Source of the DNA: an uncultured virus (IMG/VR IMGVR_UViG_3300031813_000014)
Taxonomy: Duplodnaviria > Heunggongvirae > Uroviricota > Caudoviricetes
Virus record (IMG/VR): IMGVR_UViG_3300031813_000014
Length of the DNA: 20,000 nt
Reading direction: 5' to 3' (one strand)
Shown: in pieces, positions 1 through 6,044 of the stretch
Numbering within the stretch: position 1 is the stretch's first letter
Layout of the letters: each line of letters begins with the position of its first letter
The notes under the pieces: model-generated
Database searches by the model: none
The model's input: only the letters and a program-made list of their open reading frames with translations
Told to the model about the DNA's origin: nothing
Position numbers and translations under genes: made by a program

Positions 1-1
1 T

Positions 2-469
2 GCTCATCCCTTGGTGAATGGTGGTAACAACGCCAACACTCCTTCTACTCCTGCTGATTTGAACGAGACTTCTCTTGAGAATGCCGTTATTCAGATCGCT
101 GCATGGACAGATGAGCGTGGCCTCTTGATCGCCGCTAAACCCAAGAAGTTGGTTGTTCCTCCTGCACTCATGTTCGTTGCAACTCGTTTGCTCGACACTG
201 AATTGCGTGTTGGTACAAACAACAACGACATCAATGCAATTAAAAACAATGGTGCCGTTCCTGAAGGTTATACAGTTAACCACTTCTTGACCACACCTAA
301 TGCTTGGTTCTTGACCACAGACGTGCCAAACGGACTTAAACACTTCGTTCGTACACCTCTGCAAAACAGCATGGATGGTGACTTTGACACTGGTAACGTA
401 CGTTACAAGTCTCGTGAGCGTTACAGCTTCGGCTGGTCAGATCCATTGGGAATCTACGGTTCCTATTGA
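2..469 (+). CDS. Major capsid protein, Mu gpT-like (HK97 fold), C-terminal part; 5' truncated by the window edge
   Basis: Frame is open from base 2 (AHPLVNGG...). Motifs DLNETSLE, DERGLLIA.KP.KL.VPP.L, NHFLT..NAWFL.TDVPNGLKHF.R and DGDFDTGNVRYK.RERYSFGWSDP are typical of gpT-like phage capsid proteins. Confidence 0.9.
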   Translation, partial: AHPLVNGGNNANTPSTPADLNETSLENAVIQIAAWTDERGLLIAAKPKKLVVPPALMFVATRLLDTELRVGTNNNDINAIKNNGAVPEGYTVNHFLTTPNAWFLTTDVPNGLKHFVRTPLQNSMDGDFDTGNVRYKSRERYSFGWSDPLGIYGSY

Positions 470-473
470 TCGG

Positions 474-502
474 AAAGGGGCCCCCAAAAGGGGCCCTTTT
501 TT
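474..502 (+). terminator. Rho-independent terminator after the capsid gene
   Basis: GGGCCCC(478-484)-CAAAA-GGGGCCC(490-496), extendable by AAAG/TTTT and followed by T6 (497-502), immediately after the TGA at 467-469. Confidence 0.85.
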
Positions 503-506
503 ATTG

Positions 507-536
507 TTGACAACACTAAAAAATAGTGTATATTGT
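507..536 (+). promoter_or_regulatory. Sigma70-like promoter with an operator-like inverted repeat in the spacer
   Basis: Perfect TTGACA at 507-512. Candidate -10 boxes are TATATT (529-534, 16-bp spacer) or TATTGT (531-536, 18-bp spacer). ACACTA-N5-TAGTGT palindrome at 513-529. Confidence 0.65.
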
Positions 537-540
537 GAGT

Positions 541-616
541 GTCTGGGATTTTTTTCTCTTGTTGCGACTGGCCCAGCAGACGATGCAACGATTAACAAGA
601 GACTTTTGCATAAGGA
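541..616 (+). ncRNA. Structured leader RNA, probably the Mu-gpT-DE motif (Mu-like gpT downstream element)
   Basis: Three interleaved complementary pairs: CTGGG(543-547)/CCCAG(572-576), TCTCTTGTT(555-563)/AACAAGAGA(594-602) and ATGCAA(583-588)/TTGCAT(606-611). Core GACTGGCCCAGCAGAC. It lies directly downstream of a gpT-like gene, the defining context of the Mu-gpT-DE motif. No covariance-model search was run. Confidence 0.65.
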
Positions 617-622
617 ATTATC

Positions 623-1345
623 ATGGCACGTTCCACGTTTTCTGGCCCAGTCATATCTGGTGACCAACGCTTTGGCCCCCTCCGTAACATCGGTTACACA
701 GTTTTAGAGCAAGACGCTTACATTGACTTCGCTGTTACCACAGGTAGCGGTACACCCGGTTATGCTGGTGGTTCTGGTCAATTCGTCAACAGCAACACAA
801 TCCCCAATTTGCCTGGTCAGCTTTATACACCCCAAGCTGGTGTGTTTAGCGCTTCTGGCCCCACAACTGCAAATCCTCCCGCAGATACAGCTACTAACGT
901 CTATCGTGGCGTTATCATGTATTTGCCACAGAATTGCCAGATTTTTGACTTTATTGTTGACATGCCAACAGTAATGTCAGGTATTACAGCAACTCCTACT
1001 GGGGTAAACCTGTATATTTCTAGCGGTATTACAGCAAACGGTGGTACTCCCACATACGCTTCTGTTGCCCTTGGAACGACAACTACAGGTTCTGCTGGTC
1101 GTCAAACCGTTACATATTCAGCAACTCAGTTGAATAACCTGTTGTCTACAACTCAAGACATCCAGAACCCCCAAGTTGGTACACAACCCGCATGGTTTTC
1201 TCAGTTGGTATTCACAGTTGGTATTGCTGCAGCATCTGGATTGACTGCTCCTACAGCAGGTCAATTTAATTTTGTCGTACGCTATGTACAACCTGATTTG
1301 AATATCGGTAACACTACAACTTACCCCTACGGTAACTTCGATTAA
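623..1345 (+). CDS. Putative virion protein (capsid decoration or head accessory candidate)
   Basis: 240 aa, SD AAGGA at 612-616. The N-terminus MARSTFSGPVIS recalls proteins encoded directly after gpT-like capsids. T/G/A/P-rich with beta-sandwich-like composition. Confidence 0.6.
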   Translation: MARSTFSGPVISGDQRFGPLRNIGYTVLEQDAYIDFAVTTGSGTPGYAGGSGQFVNSNTIPNLPGQLYTPQAGVFSASGPTTANPPADTATNVYRGVIMYLPQNCQIFDFIVDMPTVMSGITATPTGVNLYISSGITANGGTPTYASVALGTTTTGSAGRQTVTYSATQLNNLLSTTQDIQNPQVGTQPAWFSQLVFTVGIAAASGLTAPTAGQFNFVVRYVQPDLNIGNTTTYPYGNFD

Positions 1346-1350
1346 TTTCC

Positions 1351-1373
1351 TGGGGGCTTCGGCCCCCATCTTT
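1351..1373 (+). terminator. GC-rich hairpin with a cUUCGg tetraloop; weak terminator or mRNA-stabilising stem
   Basis: TGGGGGC(1351-1357)-TTCG-GCCCCCA(1362-1368), followed only by TCTTT. Confidence 0.7.
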
Positions 1374-1392
1374 GAATTTAAAGGAGATTAAT

Positions 1393-2172
1393 ATGGCAAA
1401 TGCTGCTTTATCGTCAATGACCCGCATGGGTAAATACGAGCCATTTGACTTGCAAGTTGCACGCGGGCAAGTTTATGGGCACTCAACACTGAGTCTTTTT
1501 GGGTATCAACCTTCAGTTGGTACAACTTCTATTCCCATTTGGGAAAATGCAACAACATATACCTACCCAGTTTCTGCTGCCGCAGTGACTATAGCGAGTA
1601 GTTCTGCATCTGATGTAGCACCTGCAGCCGTGCTGATTAATGGTTTGGATGCTAACTTTAACCCCATTTCAGAAGTTATTACGCTTACTGGTCAAACAGG
1701 CGTGGTAACTACAAAGTCGTATTTGCGGGTCAACAGTTTGTTTATGGTTGGCGTGGCCTCGGGTCAAACGTCAAATGTAGGTACGATTACTGCTAAAAAT
1801 TCAGGCGGAACTGCGACTTACGCACAGATTAATGCGGCTATTGGTAAAAGCCAAAGCACCATTTACACTGTTCCAGCAGGGTACAGTTTTTATTTGGATC
1901 TCGCAGAAGCTAATACTTCTAACAGCTACACAGGTAGTACGATCGTTACTTACAGTGTGCAGGCTACCAATAATGTAACTGGAGTTACGATTAACGTTTT
2001 GCAACAACCTTTTGTCTCTATTTATACAGTTAATAGAGCTTCTGAACCATTTGTTTATACAGAAAAAACTGATGTTCAATGGCAGTTGAAAGCTAGTACA
2101 GGCACAATTGCTGCTGGTATTGTTATTGCTGGTAAGTTGATTAAGAATTCTGCTGATGCAGGAAGCACCTAA
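1393..2172 (+). CDS. Conserved phage protein, probably structural and beta-rich
   Basis: Start moved from the track's 1372 to ATG 1393 because AAGGAG (1381-1386) precedes it. Contains EPFDLQVARGQ, FGYQPSVG and INGLDANFN..SE.ITL.G; T/S/A/V-rich. Confidence 0.65.
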   Translation: MANAALSSMTRMGKYEPFDLQVARGQVYGHSTLSLFGYQPSVGTTSIPIWENATTYTYPVSAAAVTIASSSASDVAPAAVLINGLDANFNPISEVITLTGQTGVVTTKSYLRVNSLFMVGVASGQTSNVGTITAKNSGGTATYAQINAAIGKSQSTIYTVPAGYSFYLDLAEANTSNSYTGSTIVTYSVQATNNVTGVTINVLQQPFVSIYTVNRASEPFVYTEKTDVQWQLKASTGTIAAGIVIAGKLIKNSADAGST

Positions 2173-2174
2173 TC

Positions 2175-2420
2175 ATGGCAAAGTCACCAGCATGGCAACG
2201 CAAAGAAGGGAAGAATCCGAATGGCGGTCTAAACGCCAAAGGTCGTGCTTCAGCAAAGAAGGAGGGGATGAATTTAAAGCCTCCCCAACCCGAGGGCGGC
2301 TCAAGGAAAAAATCCTTTTGCGCAAGAATGTCAGGGATGAAGGCCAAGTTGACGTCAGAAAAGACGGCAAAAGACCCGAATTCAAGGATTAACAAATCAC
2401 TAAGAGCATGGAAGTGTTAA
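2175..2420 (+). CDS. Small basic phage protein (DUF6321-like)
   Basis: 81 aa, K/R-rich. Motifs AWQRKEGKNP.GGLNAKGRAS, RKKSFCARM.GMK and DPNSRINKSLRAWKC. The family name is from memory. Confidence 0.7.
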   Translation: MAKSPAWQRKEGKNPNGGLNAKGRASAKKEGMNLKPPQPEGGSRKKSFCARMSGMKAKLTSEKTAKDPNSRINKSLRAWKC

Positions 2421-2666
2421 ATGGACACGACGATGTGGAATGCAGTTCTCTCTTTGCTTGTCGCCTTGCTAGGTTGGGTGTTGAGAGAGAAATCAGCAGA
2501 ATTGCAACGCGTAACTATTTTGCTAAATCGGACGAGGGAAGAGATGGCAAAAGAGTATGTGAGCAGAGCCGAAGCCCATGCCGATATAGGCAGAGTGCTG
2601 GATCGGCTGGACCGGTTGGAAGCAAAGATTGATAGATTGATGGAGGCCCAGCATGCCCTCAACTAG
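2421..2666 (+). CDS. Small membrane-anchored coiled-coil protein
   Basis: N-terminal hydrophobic segment MWNAVLSLLVALLGWVL followed by heptad-like VLDRLDRLEAKIDRLME. Starts directly after the preceding stop codon. Confidence 0.7.
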   Translation: MDTTMWNAVLSLLVALLGWVLREKSAELQRVTILLNRTREEMAKEYVSRAEAHADIGRVLDRLDRLEAKIDRLMEAQHALN

Positions 2667-3078
2667 CAAGAAGCAGCATAATTTCATGGAAGCAATTGCG
2701 CACAATGCGCAGTTTGCAAAGAAGGCTGGGGTACCCCAGTCAGTTGGTAAGGACTTTAGCGCCGCCGACAAGGGTAAAAAGTTTGGGAGCGGCGGAGTGT
2801 CCCGTCCGGATTTAGAAGGTGTTAACAAAGCCAAAACGAGACACGGCGCGATGGCTCTCTTTAAAGAAGGTGGACTTATGAAAAAGAAAATGGCTATGGG
2901 TGGCGGCGTTAAAGAAAAGAACGGCCTGACCACAGAGAAAATGGGCGCAGTTCGCACTGGCGCTCCTAGCAAAGACGGTATTGCTGAACGCGGCAAAACC
3001 AAAGGCACAGAAGTCAAAATGAATGGCAGTACCGGCATGAAAAAAGGCGGTATGGCTATGAAAAAAATGAAAAAATAA
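2653..3078 (+). CDS. Basic K/G/M-rich protein with multiple xxGG motifs
   Basis: 141 aa, SD GGAGG upstream. Begins MPSTSKKQHNFMEAIAHN and contains FGSGG, FKEGG, MAMGG, MKKGG and DGIAERGKTKG. Confidence 0.75.
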   Translation: MPSTSKKQHNFMEAIAHNAQFAKKAGVPQSVGKDFSAADKGKKFGSGGVSRPDLEGVNKAKTRHGAMALFKEGGLMKKKMAMGGGVKEKNGLTTEKMGAVRTGAPSKDGIAERGKTKGTEVKMNGSTGMKKGGMAMKKMKK

Positions 3079-3088
3079 GGAGAACTTT

Positions 3089-3286
3089 ATGAAGATGGAT
3101 CATCCCCCACTCATGAAAGAAGAGACCCCCAAGCACATGCATCATGTGCACCATGTGGAAAAAAACCACAAGGCTGGAGGTCATGTTCATCATCACCACC
3201 ACTATGGTCAGCACGCCGCTGGTCATATGAAAGAGCATGAAAAAGTTGAAAAACTTTGCGGCGGTGGAATGGGTAAATACAAATGA
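3089..3286 (+). CDS. Histidine-rich small protein
   Basis: 65 aa with 16 His, including an HHHHH run. SD AAGGAG upstream and an ATGA overlap with the next gene. Confidence 0.75.
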   Translation: MKMDHPPLMKEETPKHMHHVHHVEKNHKAGGHVHHHHHYGQHAAGHMKEHEKVEKLCGGGMGKYK

Positions 3287-3549
3287 AAAAGAAAAAAATC
3301 TCTGGTGTTAGTCCAGCCCTTGTGCAAGCTATGATTGCGCGTAAAAACGCAGTAGCTCCTGCTGGTAATATGCCCGCAGAAGCACCAGCGGTTGGTCCCG
3401 CTGGAGGTCCACCTGCTGGGCCTATGCCCCAAGCTCAACCTGGTGCTGGTGGTCCACCCGCTATGCCTGGTATGAAAAAAGGTGGTTCAGCTCATTCCCG
3501 TGCTGATGGCTGTGCTGAGCGAGGTCATACAAAAGGTACTTACCTATGA
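3283..3549 (+). CDS. Small Pro/Gly/Ala-rich basic protein with MKKGG and DGCAERGHTKG motifs
   Basis: 88 aa, with ATGA overlaps at both ends. Confidence 0.7.
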   Translation: MKKKKISGVSPALVQAMIARKNAVAPAGNMPAEAPAVGPAGGPPAGPMPQAQPGAGGPPAMPGMKKGGSAHSRADGCAERGHTKGTYL

Positions 3550-3794
3550 TGGCAAGTCGTGGCATGGGTGACATCAGCCCGTCAAAAATGCCTGGTAAAA
3601 AGACTATACATCGCAAGGATAAACCCCAAGATGTAGATATGTATAAGCGCGGCGGTGAAGTGTGGGACACACCTAACCCTGCGAAGAAACATAAAAAGCT
3701 GAACCCAGCCAAGAAAGCCGCAGCGAAAGCCGCAGCTAAACGGGCAGGGAGACCGTACCCTAACCTAATTGATAACATGAGGATGTCAAAATGA
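3546..3794 (+). CDS. Small basic protein
   Basis: 82 aa. MMASRGMGDI.PSKMP, YKRGG, and a histone H1-like KKAAAKAAAKRAGRPYPNLIDNM tail. Coupled by ATGA overlaps. Confidence 0.75.
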   Translation: MMASRGMGDISPSKMPGKKTIHRKDKPQDVDMYKRGGEVWDTPNPAKKHKKLNPAKKAAAKAAAKRAGRPYPNLIDNMRMSK

Positions 3795-4189
3795 GTTTAT
3801 TAGCCAGACTAGAAGCCGAAGCCGAGCATTTGTATCAATTGCTTGACCATATGGCAAACTTCCAACGTATAAACTATGGTGGAGTTCAATCCAAAACACA
3901 GGCGTTGTTAGATGATGTTAAAGCACATATGGATGCAACTAGAGCCCCAGATGCAGATCCTATGGTTCTCACCATTTATGGACCTGAAGGCGCTACTGTT
4001 AATAGCCCTATTGAGCCTGCTCCTGCTCCTGCTCCTGTGGACCCTGTACCTGCTCCTACGCCTGACGTGGTGCCTGCAGCACCAGCCGCAGTACAAGAAC
4101 CTGCAGCACTTCCTGCAGCAACAGACACCACTGCACCAGCCGCAGTACAAGAACCTGCAGCAACAGGCACCACTGCACCAGCAGCTTAA
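3791..4189 (+). CDS. Hypothetical protein with a helical N-terminus and Pro/Ala/Thr-rich repetitive tail
   Basis: 132 aa, ATGA-coupled to the upstream gene, with codon usage like its neighbours. Confidence 0.65.
   Translation: MSLLARLEAEAEHLYQLLDHMANFQRINYGGVQSKTQALLDDVKAHMDATRAPDADPMVLTIYGPEGATVNSPIEPAPAPAPVDPVPAPTPDVVPAAPAAVQEPAALPAATDTTAPAAVQEPAATGTTAPAA
4079..4185 (+). repeat. Intragenic direct repeats encoding APAAVQEPAA and PAATxTTAPAA
   Basis: Identical 30-mer GCACCAGCCGCAGTACAAGAACCTGCAGCA at 4079-4108 and 4133-4162. Near-identical CCTGCAGCAACAG(A/G)CACCACTGCACCAGC at 4112 and 4154. Confidence 0.9.
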
Positions 4190-4192
4190 AAA

Positions 4193-5167
4193 ATGAGCTT
4201 AACACCCACGCCCGGTCAATATACCTCTGGTTCGTCTTCGTTCAATCTTCAACTGACAGAGTTGGTTGAGGAAGCATACGAGCGGGCCGGGCGTGAGTTA
4301 CGCACAGGTTATGACTTGCGTACTGCAAGACGTAGCCTCAACATTATGTTTGCTGATTGGGCCAATAGAGGCATCAACATGTGGACGATTGAACCCGGGA
4401 CAATCTCCTTGGTTCAGGGTCAAAACACTTACGCGCTTCCTAGCGATACGATTGATTTGCTTGAGCATGTGATTAGGACTGGGGCAAATGTTGCTTCAAC
4501 CCAAGCAGACTTAACAATTACTCGTATCAGTGTTTCTACATACGCTACTATACCTAACAAGATTCAACAAGCTCGTCCAATTCAAGTTTGGATTCAAAGA
4601 TACGATGCTGCTTCAACCCCAACCGACGGGTTATTGGTGAATAATGGGGTATCAACTACCCCCGGAATTACTGCGACTGACACCACCATTCAGTTATCTG
4701 CAGTTGATATGCTCCCCGCATCTGGGTTTATCCAGCTTGACAACGAGATTATCAACTACAGCTATATAGTAGGGACTACCCTATACAACTGTTTTAGAGG
4801 TCAAGCCAATACAACAGCCGCAGCACATACGGCTGGCGCTGTTGCAGTTTGGGCCCAACTCCCAGCCATTACTGTTTGGCCTACTCCTGACAATGCTCAG
4901 CAGTACACATTTGCCTACTGGAGACTGCGCAGAACTCAAGACGCATCCCAGTATGGTGGCTTGGTTATGGACGTACCTTTTAGATTTATTCCTTGCATGG
5001 CAGCAGGATTGGCTTACTATATTGCTCAAAAAATTCCCGAAGGTATGCCCCGTCTGCAAATGCTCAAAGCTGAGTATAACGAGGCGTGGGGTTTGGCTAG
5101 CGATGAAGATCGAGAAAAAGCCGCTGTTAGATTTGTACCAAGACAACAGTATATTGGTGGGTCGTAA
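4193..5167 (+). CDS. Virion structural protein, head-tail adaptor-like (P22 gp4 / T7 gp11 type), with an internal beta domain
   Basis: 324 aa. ELVEEAYERAG, YDLRTARRSLN.MFADWANRGINMWT, L.QGQ.TY.LP.DTIDLL, VWPTPD and a helical C-terminus (AAGLAYY, LKAEY.EAW.LA.DEDREKA) match the adaptor-type architecture. Confidence 0.65.
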   Translation: MSLTPTPGQYTSGSSSFNLQLTELVEEAYERAGRELRTGYDLRTARRSLNIMFADWANRGINMWTIEPGTISLVQGQNTYALPSDTIDLLEHVIRTGANVASTQADLTITRISVSTYATIPNKIQQARPIQVWIQRYDAASTPTDGLLVNNGVSTTPGITATDTTIQLSAVDMLPASGFIQLDNEIINYSYIVGTTLYNCFRGQANTTAAAHTAGAVAVWAQLPAITVWPTPDNAQQYTFAYWRLRRTQDASQYGGLVMDVPFRFIPCMAAGLAYYIAQKIPEGMPRLQMLKAEYNEAWGLASDEDREKAAVRFVPRQQYIGGS

Positions 5168-5604
5168 TGGGTAATAGATTTGCATCAGGTAAATGGGCAA
5201 TCGCTGAGTGTGATCGGTGTGCGCAAAGGTATCTGTTGAAAGAACTTAGACGTGAGATCATAAAAACAAAAAATTATGATCTTTTGGTTTGCCCAGAATG
5301 TTGGGATCCTGACCATCCACAACTACAATTGGGTATGTACCCAGTTGATGATCCTCAAGGGTTGCGTAACCCAAGACCTGATCGCAGTTATGTGGTGTCT
5401 GGTACAAGCGGATTACAGATTGATACGCAGGTTAATCCAAACGATACATCAATCCTAGGTACGGGTACGAATGAAGGCGGTAGTCGAATTTTCCAATGGG
5501 GATGGAATCCAGTTGGTGGGTCTCAACTTTTTGACCGGGCTTTGACTCCAAACAATCTCGCCTTGACCGTTTCATTGGGTACAGTTACAGTTGCTATTAC
5601 TTAG
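5167..5604 (+). CDS. Conserved phage protein with a CxxC...CxxC zinc-ribbon motif
   Basis: AECDRCAQRY...LLVCPECWDPDHPQLQ...DPQ.LRNPRPD. TAATG overlap with the upstream stop. Confidence 0.75.
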   Translation: MGNRFASGKWAIAECDRCAQRYLLKELRREIIKTKNYDLLVCPECWDPDHPQLQLGMYPVDDPQGLRNPRPDRSYVVSGTSGLQIDTQVNPNDTSILGTGTNEGGSRIFQWGWNPVGGSQLFDRALTPNNLALTVSLGTVTVAIT

Positions 5605-5613
5605 GAGTAAATC

Positions 5614-5784
5614 ATGAAAAAACACGATGACGAAGCACAAGATAAAAAGCTTTTCAATAAGCTCATCAAAAAGGAAGAGAAAAAACTCGCTCCTAAAAAG
5701 ATGGCAAAGGGTGGTGTAACAGGTCAACAAATGCGTGCAGTTGGACGCAATATGGCCCGCGCCAACAATCAAAGGGGTAGATAA
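5614..5784 (+). CDS. Small basic protein with a MAKGG motif (not in the ORF track)
   Basis: 56 aa: MKKHDDEAQDKKLFNKLIKKEEKKLAPKKMAKGGVTGQQMRAVGRNMARANNQRGR. SD AGGAG at 5603-5607. Its stop overlaps the next ATG (TAATG) and it fills the gap exactly. Confidence 0.8.
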   Translation: MKKHDDEAQDKKLFNKLIKKEEKKLAPKKMAKGGVTGQQMRAVGRNMARANNQRGR

Positions 5785-6044
5785 TGGGTAAGTTTAGCAA
5801 AAAAATGGGCGGTAAAGAAGTTGGTCAAGCCGACGTCTATGCCAAGCCCCATACTTCAGGGGGTAAAGACCTTGAAGAAAAAGACATTGGTTTTTCTGTT
5901 GAAATGCCAACCCGTAAGAACTGGACACCTTTGAACGGTACAGTTTCTATTGGGCACATGGACAACATTGAATCAACCGGTATTGAGACTCGCGGTAACG
6001 GTGCTGCTACCAAAGGCCGCATAGCTAGAGGACCGATGGCGTGA
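5784..6044 (+). CDS. Small phage protein ending in GI.TRG.GAATKG..ARGPMA
   Basis: 86 aa, coupled at both ends (TAATG and GTGA). Confidence 0.75.
   Translation: MGKFSKKMGGKEVGQADVYAKPHTSGGKDLEEKDIGFSVEMPTRKNWTPLNGTVSIGHMDNIESTGIETRGNGAATKGRIARGPMA

Noticed and set aside
541..616. Known riboswitch (ZTP, c-di-GMP, SAM, preQ1) or tRNA
   Set aside because: I could not match the full consensus of any of these or a cloverleaf by eye. Only a covariance search can exclude them formally.
375..707. ORF bridging the capsid gene and the next gene (possible frameshift extension of the capsid)
   Set aside because: It crosses a terminator, promoter and structured RNA, has no clear slippery site at the capsid end, and its translation is not protein-like.
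2523..3778. Minus-strand ORFs (e.g. 2523-3038 and 3461-3778) and other antisense ORFs across the window
   Set aside because: They are antisense shadows of coupled + strand genes, with no RBS or recognisable motifs.
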